DNA of 61,360 bases, filler included, from Platydemus manokwari (lineage: Eukaryota), in NCBI GenBank assembly GCA_037951405.1. It is 5 parts of 5 records of this genome, joined end to end, with 100 filler letters (N's around TTAATTAATTAA, not from the genome) between each part and the next. Parts side by side here need not be neighbours in the genome. Positions count along the whole stretch, not along the records: positions 1 to 18,098 come from JBBMOY010566662.1; 4 more parts are not named here. One strand, written 5' to 3'. This document shows positions 1 through 15,200 of the stretch, one piece after another. The notes under the pieces were generated by a model that saw nothing but the letters and a program-made list of their open reading frames with translations, was not told the origin of the DNA and did no database searches. How positions within the stretch are numbered: the first letter of the stretch is position 1; the number at the start of each line of letters is the position of its first letter. The position numbers were made by a program, and so were the translations under genes.

Positions 1-2519
1 CATACACAATTGAAAAATGATATATACTGCGTTTGATAGCTTATATAAACACCTTTCTAAAAAAGTATTACCATACGCCATTATATGCAAGCAATACTCC
101 CAGCGACATCTTTTATCAAACCGAAATTTTAAGGTTATACACCCAATAAAATAAATCATTACAACTTATCTAGCGAATTATTAACAATCGTTTATCGATT
201 AAGTTCGATTTGCCAGTCTTCTTATGAGTTAAATTCGAATTGTTGCAGACACATATTACAGATTATTCCATAGTAGATATTCCACTGTGTTTAATCTATC
301 AAATATTTATTTTTCAATGAGATGTTTTATAAAAAGAAATCGTGGAATATTTATAACATATTTTTCATCATCTACTTCAATAATTCATCAAGGTTGATTG
401 TAGTTTGTGAATAATAGAACCATTATTAATTTATGTAATCTTTGAACTGATATTTCAAGTGCTTGCTAGTACCATCTAAACTATTCGTATTTATAATTTA
501 TTTGAACATTGACCCTTGTGAAAACAATGGGCAATTTATGTGAATGGAATCTTTCACAAATATTATGGATGCATGGCGGCCGATATTAAGCCAAAATCTA
601 ATAACATCGACTGAGCGGTAAGTGATAAATTTAGAATGGTTTAGAATTCATCAGAATCTATAAATTAAACAATTATCGATTTGTGTATTGGAGGTCTTAT
701 TATGATATTAATGAGTAGAAAGAACTTCGTAATCGTTCTAATAGTGGATTACTTTTTCGATCAGCAATCCTATCGATCTTTGCACCCTTCAAATAAGTAA
801 CTGAAGAATCACATACTGATAGAACGTTCAAATTAATTCATCATCTCCACATGTATTATTTTATGATTGTTTATATAACATCAATTATATAACATCAATT
901 GATGCTAGATTTCAATATCCTAACTGATAAATCTCATTCCAGATATTTTTCCTTCTTCTGATTTTTATTCTGTGATTTCTAAAATACCTCTATAATGCCT
1001 CACTATATGCAATAGACGTTATAATATCCGTCAAATAAAATTTGAAAATTTATGTAAATCTATTTTAGAAAATTATCATTTGTAGATCTTCAAATATCTG
1101 CTGTTCTAACATTCCAATATCTGATACTCAAATTGAGTTTTATTTTGGTTTTTATATTAGAATTCTTAATTTTATTGGGAAATCGATCGTGATAGTTCTG
1201 GAAGCTAAAATAGCATCGTTTTCCAATGGTTTCTTTTTAAATTACGTTCAACTCACTACAGATGATCTCTCATATTTCAAGGCATGATTATGAGTGTACC
1301 AAAAAATAAGTTTTCAAGAAAAAATGATTTGAAGTGTTTCTTTAATCCAGGATTGACTGGTAAAGAAATATCAATATTCTAAAAATAACCCATTAAATAT
1401 TCCACAGACCTATATATCATGTAAATCTACTTGATGAATGTCTACAAAATTTGATGAGACAAACAACCGGTCAATAAACTATGTTTTGCCAATAAAATCT
1501 TCCGATATGTATCAAAGTACAATTCTCGGCCAATTTAAAATATGATAATATTGGATTAATAGAATGTGGCAATGATAAAATAATACAATAAATTATCATC
1601 ATAAAAATACATGAGAACTAACTCATTCAAATAATAAGTTGATTAGAAATATTATCAACTACTGCAATGGATTTTTCATTATTTATACCAAATAATTATA
1701 TCAATTAATGATTCTATAGAAACCATTTTTGTTTTAATAATCGAAAAATCAATCAAGCCGTGAAAATTTGACAAATCAACTGTATTAAAACATCTTAAAT
1801 AATATACAAACACATTGAAATTCATAGAGTTTTATATATCAGCATTCTCTAATGCTACAAAATAGAAGACTCACAAACCTGCACGGACACATGTACACGC
1901 GCATATTTTTAACTACATAAAACCATCATCATAATATATATTTACAAAATGGATGTACGTAACTAGAATGTAAACTGGAATCAACGGAAACGCTTCTTGA
2001 ACGAGATACATTTACAATAGCAAGGTAGTTTTACTACTAGACAAATGATATTACATACATCAAAATATTTACACCTTTTTCTGTAATGATATTATGATGA
2101 AAATCTAGTTTCAATACAACAGACACACAAACTCACACAAACACACAGAAAAAAATAAATGCACCATGATCTGCAAAACTGCACAAATCATTATAATGAC
2201 GATAGAATAATAACAACAACAGCAGCAGCAACAGCAGCCTTTTATAATCAATGCGCAATTATTTATATTATTATTATTATTATCAATAATAATAATAATA
2301 TTATATATAAATATATGTACAACAATACAACAGAAAACGCTACGGATTGATATTCTGATATTTTTCTCTTGGCTACAACATTCACCGAAATTTGTAATCA
2401 CAGCCTTTGGAAATGAATCTGTAATTTGATAATAGCACTTGTATGTTATTATTATTATTATTATGGATAGAGACTTTTATACATTCCACAAATGATTCAA
2501 ATAATAGTAGCTATTATTT

Positions 2520-5500
2520 TCATACAGTCGTTATCACAACGAGAAGATATGGAACCGATTCCTCTTTCAATTTGTCATAGAGTTTTGATGAACAAATCTT
2601 TAATTGATTGTCTGAGAATTCACATGGGGGAAATATATGAATGACATATGCGTTCTGAATAAATAGAATATATATAATAATGTGTATTAAAATTTGTATG
2701 TATGTATGTATGGGTGTGTATGTGTGATGATATATGAAATTGATGATTCATGATAGAATATAATTAAAATAATATGAAAGTGATTATAATTGAATTATAA
2801 GATATGAAAGCAAAAGATCTTGTCATATTGTCAATAGAAGATTAACAAATCACTGTTTCTAGATGAAATATTTTTTCATGAAACCGACATTATTATGATA
2901 ATATATTCATTTCTATCTTGGTAAAACAATAAACATTCATGGAGCATTATATTATTTTGTTTCTGTGATTATCAGATGTTTGTGTGCCAGTTAAAAATAT
3001 TCGATAAAACCAGAACAAGTAGTAACTTATCTAAGATAATTTGAGAAATAAATATCGAATCTGTTCTGATCAATATGGTATCATCATATTATTTTATTAA
3101 TAAAAAAAAGATTTAAAAATCCAAAATAGAAATAAAGCAAACCTGCTGTGAATCTGGTATACAAATATTGATAATACCAGCTGCTGATTTTTCCTGGAGA
3201 TATTTGATGAAATTATCATTTAATATGGAACTCGTTCGTGATAATTCATCTGATTTATCACCTCCCGCCAATGTTAAACAGGTGCAAAATTCTAATTGTC
3301 GAGTCAATCTCCGTTGAAGACCTTCCAATTGATTCGGTTCCAATCTCATTCGCTGAACAATTCGTAATGGTTGTGACAACATTTGACCATTCGATATCAG
3401 ATTCATACTGTTTTTGATCAGATCTTCATTACCAGCAAGCATATGCATTTGAACAAAGACTTCATCGTTCTTAAGGCACAATTTTCCTGTCCACCTGATC
3501 GGATAATTCAATTCGGTGTGTTTGTTTTGTTTCAACCAATCATCTTTCTCTTCGAATTTCGGAAATGGAATGTTCATCGGTCTGAGTATAACAGAAGGAG
3601 TGGAATTGGATATTCCAGTTGTAATACCATTGGTAGATGGTAAAGTTTGTAGTAAATTTGAAGTGGTTCTGTTGATTGATGTTGTCAAATAAGCTGTTGT
3701 GATGGGTGATAAAATAGGATTTGCATTTGTTAATTGAGATAATATAATAGAATGGCCTGTATTACTAATAGACGCTGTCAGACCTGACACGTTTTGTGAA
3801 ACATTGTTGTCGTTTGATGTCGATTGTTGGCACAAGTTTGGCATTTTTGCTTTGGTCTGACTGACTTGTCGTTGCATTAAAAGATAATTATTAATGGCAT
3901 CCACCGAAGTGGCAGACAATTTTGATAAATTCAAACCGGGATTGGTTGTAATAGGAGATCGAGGTACAACATTGATAGGAGTTGTGATAGGCTTATTAAT
4001 GGAGGCGGTTAATGAGACATTAATAAGCTTTGAAGTAGTATTATCAACAGGAATATTACAACTTGATCCACTCATGATTGTTCCACACCTGCTAACCATT
4101 ATTGAAGGATTAGATAAATTGTTATTCTGACCCATTGGAGTCAAATTCCTCAAAGGAGCAGGAATCATGATAGGTGTCAACGAATTCAATTTGGTGAGCA
4201 TAACTTCTGTTGATTGGACAGATGTAACGGCTGTTTGTGGATTGTGAAGAGTTATACTCGACGGTACTAATGAAGAAGCTGATACAATATTGGATGGAAT
4301 TGTGGACACTGCTAATTTATTAATAGGAAGCGTTAATTGTGAAGTCATTTTATTTTGATTAAGAGAATTCTGTTGATTAACAAGAGTATTGACAGTCAAT
4401 ATCGAAGGGATACCCAACACAAGATTAGCAATTCCACTCATATTACCAGCCAATTGATACATCGGAGGTTTGACATGGTTAACATTCAACTTCTTTTGTT
4501 GTTTATTTGCTTCTTGGCTTGATATGGACACTTTGACATTATTATTAATGGATTTGATAATTTCGTTTTCACATATTCCCGATTGCATAGAACTGGTGTT
4601 AGCTGTCGAAGAGTTGATATTTATTTTATGAATGACTTCATTCATTGTTTCTTCAAGAGATGACAAATCACCAGTTTTGTTTGCTGAACTAATATCACCA
4701 ACATTGGTTCTTGGAATGTCTGCATCACCATTGATATCACCATCAAGCGTTGATTTGTTCGACACAGCATCGGATACTGATGAGCTCATGGAACTTTTTA
4801 CCACATTATCAATTGTTTCATCAAGCGATTGAAGCTGACTGTCAGATTTTGCACTGTTATGACGAGTACGTTTCCCAGTTGATGGAGTGCTAGCATTTTC
4901 TTCGGTTTGACTTAATCGTTTAGTCTCTAATGGTTTAATCAACTGACATTTTTGCAATTGAGGTGGCTGATATAATTGATCTTGTACTTGATTAGTTGCT
5001 AGAAACACACAATTCGGTGACACCACTGGCACGACGACTTGTTGGGTGGTTGGAGTAATTGTAGAAGTAGTGGGAGTGCGATTATTCACTTCAATGTCAA
5101 GTGGAAGTATTTGTCTACAATCCTGACTGGATGTATTTGTCAATGGCTTTGTCAGAGTCATGTTAAACGTTCCAGCCTTTTTCGCTCGTTTACATACCAA
5201 TTTGTCTTTGTTATGTGAATTAGCTAAATCCGTTTCTTTTTTAATTTTATCAATGATATTTTTCACATAAATTGTGACTTCATAATCCTTTTGTTTAGTC
5301 GAGGTGGAATTGTTCACTTTACATGCACGGGGAGATACAACCTGAGATTGTTTGTCATCCTCGGTAACTATCACAGCCGATTCTGATTGTGGTAATCCAA
5401 CAGAGCTTACTATTGAATTCTGGGCCAAACTAATAAGATGTTCAGCCACCGATTGGATTTGTTGATCTGATTCACTAGTATTGGAGGTTAAATTTGCATA

Positions 5501-8500
5501 ATCTATTTCGATATTGGGTTGAGTTTTCATTGTCATGAGAATGTGTGAAGCGGAATCCACATCCGCTGGGAGAGGAGGATCTAAATCTATTTGATTTTGA
5601 TCGCTTGCTACATCTTGTAGTCCATATTCGACTTCAACAACATCTAAGGAATGTTGGTGGTCGTCTAAAATCACTTCTTCCATTACATTTGTTTGTTGAG
5701 ATGTTGGCATATCATACATCGATTCCAACTGACTGGGCGGTTCTTCATTGATACTCATCGGACTCGTTGCAATAAATTCTTCATCTGGTTGCTTTTCAAG
5801 GTATGGTAAATCTTCTGATAGTACAATAGGTTCTGCAATCGGTCGTTTCTTCAAAGGTCCTTCATTTGGTCGATGTTGCGATCGAGTTCTATAAGATATT
5901 ATTGGTTTGGAGATGGAATTATTGGATTCAAATATATCTCTATTAATTGATGATACATTAAGATCTTTTGAGTATTTTGGACTGGAACATTGAGATGAAT
6001 TATGCGGACTACTTAAATTGAAGGATTCAGCTGGTGCTTTGCTTTCATCTGTTATTGATTCGTCTTTTGTATTTTCATCGGTTGTTTTCAGATTATAAAA
6101 ATTATTTTGATTGACTAATTCAGATTTTATATCAGAATAATCTGATGAAAGCTGTGGTTCTTGAGATTTTCCACATGGAGTAGTTTTACAAGAATTGCTA
6201 TCAGAAAAATGACTGCTACTTAAATCAGATAATCTTGCACGTTTACGTTTCAATGGAGCACATTTCTTACTGGATTTACTTATCCAACATTCACTATCTT
6301 CACTATCCATAGCATCTGAACTGACAGCATTTCCAACAGAACTTAAATGCTTACTTCTTTTCTTTTTGCCAGACGAAACTGACTTTTTACTGTTTCTTCG
6401 TTTGATTTTATCATACATGGATTCATAATTACCATTATCCGATGAAACGCTCTCTTTATCGAAATCTTCATCAAATTCACTCAAATCTTCATTATTATCA
6501 TCATCATTATCCTCTTTACCATCATTATCACTAATGATGTTTTCATAAAATTCTCGATCTTTATTGCGTTTCGTTGATTTTTTTACTTTCTCTGTTTTAA
6601 TGGTTTTATTTTTTCGATTAGAATTAATCGGTTTTAAGTTCACTTTCGATTTCGATTTTTTACCAATCGATAATTTGGAACTAGATTTTTTCTTATCTTT
6701 ATAGAGTTTATTAGATTTTTGATTCGAGTGATTTGATTGGTTGATTTTTCCTGATTTTTTAGACATACCTGTTTTATCAACATTACTACTATTTCTACTA
6801 TTATTATTGTTGTTATAATGAACCATATTCATTGATGATGATTTTTTCGATGATGACGATGATGAAACATAGGGATTGGTTTTTTCTTCATATTTTATCG
6901 AATATGACATTGAGGAAGTGGAAGAAAATTCATTTTTGGATGAACGTTTCATTTTTTTGATCGGTGTTGATGGATATGTCTGAAAGAGCGAATCATCCAA
7001 AATAGATCCTGATTCCACTTTGATCTTTTTTGAAGGTTTCGTATATTCGACACTGTCTTCGGATTCTGATTGTGATTTGCGTTTGAGTGAATTGGATGAT
7101 GGTTTTTTTGTCAATGGTTTTGCATTGGAATTATTATAATTTGGTGAAGTCACAGATTCGACTATATTATTACTACTATCTTGAGATAGTGATGTTTTAT
7201 ATTTTCCAACAGAAGGCATTTCCAATGATTTGGAGGTACTTGATGAGGTAGGAATAGATTTTTTAAGGATAGATTTCATAGGTTGATTTAAATCATGAAG
7301 AATAGTTGGAGTGGATGTTGTGCTGCTAATGGTAGCAGTAGGGGATATAGTTAATGTTGATGGGATTTTGGAACTGCTTATCGAACAATTCGTTGTAGAT
7401 ACAAATCTAGAACTGTATGTATTTGTTGTTGGACTTAAATGAGTAGTATCGACACTAAGCTTTGTATCTAATAATGAAAGATTACATGAGCTCATAGATC
7501 CATATCGTGAAAAAATAGTTCGACGTTCAATATCATTAGCTCCAAGATCTACAGTTCTAAACGACAAAGACGAAACATTGGTTGGCACAACCGATGAATA
7601 ATTGCACGTCAAATGATCACTAGATGGTAAAGAATCTGTCAATAAATGATAATTTTTTGGTTTGGTCTGGTTGAGCATTGTCTTGATAAATTCTGAAGTA
7701 TTAGAGCTATTATCACGATTAATGCTGGAATAACCAACATCGAGTAGGCTTGAAGAAACGGATATTGATAAAGATATGGGAGCAGACAAACTGGTAGGAG
7801 ATGAAATTAATCCACTGCTATTGTAAGATGATGTTGAGCAATTTCCGACATTATCACACACTTTTTTCCTGATTCGAAATTTACTATAATCAAGAGTTCG
7901 AACAGTTTGTTCAGATCGATTCATTTTCGCATCCAATTCTCGAATCCGTTTATCTAATTCCGAATCGATATTACTAAAATGTTCCAAATCTGAATCGCTT
8001 GTCGAATCTTTATAGCTGCTCATCACGGGCAATATCGATGTGTTGTAATCGGTTCCAGTCACGGTTGTTGGTGGTACGGGTGGTGTTAATGTGTGATCAA
8101 GAGGAGACAATGAACAATATGTTGATGATATTGATCGGGTAGTATAGCTGGGACAATTGAGTCTTGGATCACGACATTGATTAGAAGAGATACAATCACT
8201 TATAATAGGTTCAGATGATGTGGAAATATGACAAGATGATGTTGATGATAATGATGATGATGCTGATGATGATGGTAAGATAGACGATTCTAATCCAAAT
8301 AAATCCAGAGCAGAACTTGTTAATAAAACATCCTTGATAACAATATTCGATGATGAATCTTGGGGTTCTGTTTTGACATCAATATCCATTGGAATAATTG
8401 GTGATGGTGTAATGACAACATTAATTTTATTCAATTTCTCTTCATCATCTTTTACAGTTTCATGCTTGATTTGATCATCAATTGAACCATCAAATGATTT

Positions 8501-11500
8501 ACTACAATCCACACTGATATTCTCTCCATCTCCAATTGTGCTGGTGACGTGTTGTTGCTGCTGTTTGGTTTCTTGAATGCTAGAATAAATGAGATTTGTC
8601 AATCATTAAAAACTGATCAAATAAACAGAAACACAGAGATGTTATTATAAAAAAACTAATTCAAAATCAACCTTGATCGTTTAATGATCTGATTCGTATC
8701 TCCAATAGGCATGGGAGAAATAGGTTTTTTAACGGATTTATGATTATCATTTCGCGTTTCTTGGTCAAGAGTAGATTTAGTAATGGGTTTCACAGTTTTA
8801 CTGTTACTGCTTGATCCAACAATAGAGGCTTCCTCACTTAACATGGACAATTCTTGCAATAGTTTCGCCCGTTCGCGTTCCAATTTGGAAAGAGTATCGG
8901 CAGATTGTGATGCTGTATTGTTGTTGTTTGTTGATCCCAGATTCGATTTGATGACATCAGTCAAAGATGTACATGAAGAATCGTTAGTCAATTTGGAATT
9001 GAAATTAGATCCACTGAGTTTGATGCTTGTCAATGGTTTTTGATTGTTTTTCTGGGCTGATAAACGAATTTGATCTTGAGCATTAATAGATTTACGAGTT
9101 CGACTCTTTTTCACAGAATCATGACGATAACTGCGTTGTTGACTCAATGAATTGTGCGAATGTGGCGAATTACTTCCAGATAAACGAGACCTACTACCAG
9201 ATTTAGATCGATATTTATTATATCCATCATAATCATATCGATTCGATTTATTCCAAGTGCGATTTTCTGATGTTCTTTCATAGCGAGAATTTCGTCCTTC
9301 ATGAATATCGACAATTTTCGAACGACTAGATCGATAATCTTTACTCGATTGTCGATAACGTTTTGATGTCAAATTATATCGCGAATTATCAACACAATAA
9401 TCCACAGATGACGATGGCGAAGGACTGTAGCTACGGTTATGATTTGAATGTAAAAATCCCGACTCTGGACTGCGACGATGTTGATAATAATTATTGGAAC
9501 TGGATACTTGATCAAGTTTGGAATCATAATATTCATTATTATATCGATAATTCGATTTGCGAGAATTATATTGATCTGATGAAAATTTTTGGCTCGAGCG
9601 AGAATATCGCACAGGCGAATGAGTCGGTGAATATTCATCGTAATGTCTAGTACTAGTTTTCGTGTAGCGATAATCGTCACTATAATCATCATCTAATCCA
9701 TAATTATCGCCATACAAACGTTGATGACCGGATTTTCGATGACGAGATTGTCTGGTGGAATAAACATCATCATATTCTTCATAATCGCTCTTGCTCTCGT
9801 ATCGATCAAAGGTTTGTGGGCGAGTTTCTTCGAGCAATCCAAGATATTTCGTGTATGATATCAACAAATTCTGGATTTTCTCAGTCCTGAAAAATGATTG
9901 AAAACGATATCAATTCCGAATCAAAGCTGTTTACAGCTAAAACAAACGACAAAAAAAACTCACTGATAAGGGTCGGCATAATTTTTTAATAAATCATGCG
10001 AATCAAATTGGCACGATTTCCGTAATCGATTCATAAAAGCCATCTGGTATTCATTGCTTGCATAATCGACCTGCATTCGCTTATTATTATTGTTGTTGTT
10101 GTTGTTGTTGTTATTGCCGTTCGATCTTTCACGAGTGTCCGTCAACGCACACTGAGCATCTTCAACACAATCGAATTGAATCAAAGCGCACGAATATTCC
10201 GGATCTGGAATGACGAGCACAATCGGTCCATAACGACGAAAATGACGTCTCAAGAACGCATCGGATGCATTGCGTTGCAAATTGCCAATCCACAAACAAT
10301 TCGTCGGTTGGCTTTTACCGAATCCGAGTTTGACGGATTTGTTATCGATTTTAATGTTATCTTGATTGCGTAATGCTCGAACAACACTGGAAATGTCGTA
10401 ATATTGGACGAATGCGAATGACGTGTCGGGTTGATTACTCTGAGTTTTGATGTCGATATCCTGTGACAAAAAAATAAAACGATTGCTTATTAAAGACTGA
10501 TGGGAAAAATTTAATCAAAATCGCTAACAATGATTTCGCCATATTTTTTAAATGCCTTCTTCAAATCGGATTCCGTCACCGAACCGGTCGTCAATTTGCC
10601 AACGAACAACGTTTTCGTGGCTTTCGGATGGTATTCGTCCATGGCATGTTCGGGTGGACATAAATCGGGATCGATATAATTGAATCCATTGTGTTGTTTG
10701 GCTTTGATTTGATTGCCAAAAAATATCTTGCCCTGTGATGCTTCAAATGCCTTTTCCATGTCTTCGCTACGCTTGAATGAAATTATGGCATAACGGCTAC
10801 TGGCTTGACCCATCACCGTGACGGAAGTGATTTTGCCATGCTTTTTATATTCATGAAATAAACCCTCTCGCAAACTGGTGTCAGAAGACCGTTGAGAAAG
10901 ATTTTCGATTAGTAATCCACAGAGATCTTTATTGAGACATTGTTTATCGTTTTCCATGGAATCAGAATTATTTCCAGACATTTTATTGCGTTCATTATCA
11001 TTTGGATCACAATTATTACTGCTTTCATCAACACGTTTTGCCGGTTGGATTCCAGGATACCTTGAATTAATGATCATAATATCAAGACGAGTAAAGCGGT
11101 GTTTTTTTCCTGTTATTATTTTAATAAATCCTGACTGCCATTTAAATACAATATCGATTAAAATTATATCAAATGATAAATGATTAATATTGATAAATCT
11201 ATTGAGTTGAATCTCTAACAGAAACCGTTTGTTTAAATAAATAAATTTTATTAACCAACAAAAATCAATGAAAAAATGTTTAATGAAACATTGAAATCTC
11301 ATTACTTCGAACAGTCGTCTATGGACGATCCAAAACTACTCGTATTGCTACTATTGCTTCTTGATCTTGATGAAACACTGGTCTTTTGTTTGGGATGGTT
11401 TTTTTCATTCATTCTACAACATTTCACATTATTCACTGACAAAATACCAAAATAAACGTTTGATACTTCTGATTATCTGAAATATTGTTATTAATTCCCA

Positions 11501-11854
11501 ATCCATTAATTCCTGGCTCTCCATTTGCTTCACAGTATTCTAATTTTAAAGGCATGTCCATTAATGTTTTAACACTTTCGTAAGCTTTGGTTGATGATTT
11601 ACAATCTATAAATGCAACGATAGCACCTCGAGAATTATTATTTTTGTGAATTCTTATCGTCTGAATTTTTCCATGACTATAAAATCATAATTAATCACGT
11701 ACGATTCCAATTTGTTCAAGTTTCACCATACATTGGTTTGGATATTAATTAAAAATGTTTTTATAAAAACTTACCTTTGAAAGGTTTGACGAATGTCATT
11801 TTCTTCACATTTACTTGACAAATTATTAATCCATAAATAACGAGTGATTTTCAT
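2520..11854 (-). CDS. spen: Split ends / SHARP (Msx2-interacting protein) orthologue, 4 RRMs + C-terminal SPOC domain, about 2737 aa
   Basis: Hand-spliced GT-AG exons (minus): 11854-11775, 11676-11467, 11413-11306, 11060-10529, 10460-9964, 9886-8672, 8579-3143, 2654-2520. Total 8214 nt, in frame. The N-terminus MKITRYLWINNL...HGKIQTIRI...AIVAFID matches Spen RRM1. RRM2-4 motifs: SSDTSLREGLFHEYKKHGKITSV, MDEYHPKATKTLFVG, GEII|DIDIK, KLGFGKSQPTNCLW. SPOC: YPIRWTGKLCLKND...LRIVQRMRLEPNQLEG...YLQEKSAAGIIN|NAYVIHIFPPCEFS. The exon 3/4 boundaries are the least certain (AAG acceptor). Confidence 0.95.
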
Positions 11855-12199
11855 TATCGAAATAACGTATTCCACTCAAGTAAACATAAAAGGTGTACTG
11901 TATATCCAATTCTATAGATCACGAATTAGAAATTATTTACAAATGCAATGCTAAATAGAGTAATCTAGAAACTTATAGAGTGTGTATGTATAATTGATTC
12001 CATTAAAAATCAATAATATATTCTAACAAAATAGCATATCTGAATACACACATAATGTAAGTAATGATGAGCAAGCGATTATTTTTCTAACCAAGTGTTG
12101 TACGAGGTGTGTTGGATTTTGATTGGTTGAATTTATTCTACATTTGTAATGCAAGACAGAAAAATATTGATGTCCTATCATGAATTGACTGTACAACAA

Positions 12200-12211
12200 C
12201 AAAAATGGCGA
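12200..12211 (+). promoter_or_regulatory. YY1-like motif (CAAAAATGGCG) about 350 bp upstream of the spen ATG
   Basis: Matches the AAAATGGCG YY1 consensus; an ATTGG (CCAAT box) lies at about 12122. No TSS data. Confidence 0.25.
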
Positions 12212-15200
12212 CTACATATTTACCAAATTTATCTTGTAATGCAATGACACAATTGGAAATTTATTACTTCATTTCTTTTATCTACATCTTAAATAATGGA
12301 ACTTATTTATTTTAATAAAAAATTAATCAGGATTATAAACATTACATTTTCAATTTATTATCAACATTAATTGAAGATTTTTGGAAAATTAAACCTGGAT
12401 TAAAAATTTATTTTGAAAATCGTTAAATGGAAATTTTAATTAATATTTGCAATGTGGAAAATTAGATAATTTAACACATTATTTGAATGTTTCGCCTCGG
12501 TTTATTTTTTGTTTGTTATTTAATGTATAAAAGTCAACGTTGATTGTTTAATTTCTTTAGTATTTGTATTGATTTATGAAATGTTTTATTCCGAATTGTT
12601 ATATCGTATAATTTTATGTTGCAATTTTAAATTTTAATGGTAAAATATTAGATTTTATTAATTATAGGTATCAGATTTATTGAATTGATAATTTTGGAAT
12701 TTGTTGAAAAATTTGGGATCGATCGATTGTTGTTACTAAATATATCGACAAATTAGAAAACCATGAGTCAGAATTTTTAGATTATAATTTGTTACAAACT
12801 GTGCAATTACAGATCTGGCATTATTCTTATACAATCTCTGTGATAATGATAGAATAAAAAACAGATTTTTTGGAAATGTGGAATTTATTGAAATCTGTCA
12901 AAATTTGAAATTGGATTATGAATTTTTCACGGGTTTTTGCAAATCGACTTTGTGATTAATATTGTGATTATTTCGTGAACAGAAAATAATGGTTTACGTG
13001 GCACTTTAAATGATCGTACTTGATTTAAAGGGAAAGCTTAAAAATATTTTCAAATGATGATAATAACCAGTAAAACCGGAACGATTATGATAAACTAATG
13101 AAATAATAATTGATGTTGATTTGTATTGTGATGTTTATGTTTTATCTCTGACCAAGTACTTTACGATTGAATTTCAACGAGTATTTATGATGTGAATATT
13201 AAACAAATCATAGTGAAATATCAAAATGGTATTTTTATTGAAAATATTGTTGCCAAAATAGAACGATTGTAATAATTCTAAAATTATATTAATGGTTATT
13301 GATTAAGTTATTGTTATAATTATTTTTGATTTGATTTTCATTTTATCAAAGTTATTTTCCAAACTAATGTGGTAAGTTCTTATTTATTAAAAGAGCATTT
13401 CTTGTGATGGCACATATCAGAAATCACAGATATTAAATAAAAGATTTATTTTGAATGTTTTGAAGTTTACACCAGTTATGTACATTTAATATTTTTTAAT
13501 TTTTATTACTTTTCTAGTGTGTGTGTTATATTTGAATGAAGTTTTCATTATAATTGAACAAGCAGGTTGTGTAAATAATATTACAATAATGCTTTAGTTT
13601 GATTGTCAACATCGATGATGCCAACTATAGTCATGGCAACTAGCACAAGTTACTGCGAAATATCGATTGTTAGAGATTAACATTTTATATATTTATAAGG
13701 TATTTTCTATCGTCTAAACAAGTCACACTTATCCCACAAATAGTCAGAATTATGTCTGTTTAACTGAATTTCGGTCGTGTCTGACCTATGTTTTGCACTT
13801 TTATTAAGCTACGTTAGTGCATTACGAAGTCTAAATTCTAGGCAATAAATATATCAAATTTCGAAAGACCAAATATAGAATGAATTGCGTGTTTGTTGTG
13901 ATACACGGCTTATTTCCTCTGCAGGCAATCGTCGTAATTTTGTTAGTTGTATTGTGATGTTCTCCCTATAAAATATAACTCTTCCGACGAATTTCAACAT
14001 GTGCTTCCTTTATGTCAATAACGGTAGATTTATGATTGAAAATCGTTTTCGTAACAACAACTCCTACTATATACCCGTCAAAAGGGAATTCTATGGTCCA
14101 AAGAGCAATTCTAAATTAATCATAGTGTGTGTGTTTTATTAGATTTGCTTGTATGCCGACACAGAAAATAAGTAAAGAGAAAATTATTTCACCACCTACA
14201 GAACGATGAGGCCATCATTTGGTCTCGAAATAAACCAATATCGACAGAAAAAAATATCGGTAATGTGAGACAGCAAAAAATAGAATGATGATTTACAAGT
14301 ATATTATTGTCTCAATAAAAGTATTTCATTGGCTATAAATATCTGAAATAATTCCACATTTTTCTGTTATTGGAAAGTCGGTGTGAATGAATTTCTCGGT
14401 ATTATTCTATCTGGTGAGAAATTCTGTTTTGAATAAATAAATATCGAGCCTGTGCTTATAGATTTGACAGTATTTTCCTCGATTGCATTGATGATATTTT
14501 CTGAAAAATTTGAACATATTTTAGTTTTTGACTAATATATTAAATCAATTTTTAAAATCTGGTTTTGAGTAATGTTTGAGCAATAAAATAACGTGGTTTG
14601 AATTGATATTAATAGTTGTATTTGTGATCTTGAAAGTTCAGTAATTGAACCATAAGTGAGACTATTTTGGTGGCTTGTTTGAATTCAATTCATTATTGCA
14701 CACAGAAATGGTTTTGATTACTGTTATGGTTGTATTCGCGTTGTATTTGTGAGATTCTTGGAATATAGAAGGTTTTCAAACATCTAAAATTTGAAGAAAA
14801 TAATTTTAAAAAATAACAGAACACAGAAAATGTAAAAAAAACATTTTTAGAATGAAGCAGGATTTGTTGAACTTTGAAAATAACGATCAGAAAAAGAAAC
14901 ATGATGCCATGAGTCCAGATGACTTGTTTTGGTAGTCTGACGATTGATACTGCTATTAATTAACCTAATAGGTGAGTTCGGTTGAAACGATATTTACTCT
15001 TGCTGAGTTTCATACTTCAGTCATGATCACAAAATTATAAATCTAAACGATTTGATAAAATTCATATATTCAAGAATATCACAAAATTACAGCAACTAAC
15101 TGCTACAGAAATACTTATTAAAAAGGAATGAGGACCAATTAGAGAACAATCGACATCGAAAGTTTTCATTTATGTAGTATATATCATTACTAGCTCATAT

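Noticed and set aside
744-796. Rhabdovirus L connector-domain-like LFEGCK/RSIGLLIEKVIH
   Set aside because: Requires an assumed frameshift and the similarity is too short to count.
2111-2401. ORFs with poly-Cys/Asn/Ile runs
   Set aside because: Translation of trinucleotide microsatellites in the probable spen 3' UTR.
3383-11183. Several short plus-strand and alternate-frame ORFs overlapping spen
   Set aside because: Shadow ORFs of a long coding sequence; no motifs.
3113-11302. Four separate genes as suggested by the ORF track
   Set aside because: They splice in frame into one Spen CDS.
12204-13280. Divergent gene upstream of spen starting ATGGCG
   Set aside because: Frames are repeatedly interrupted; no consistent splice model or recognisable protein.
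14204-14232. Hammerhead-ribozyme-like CGATGAG-hairpin-GAAA
   Set aside because: The core lacks CUGANGA, has extra bases before GAAA, and no stems I/III are evident.
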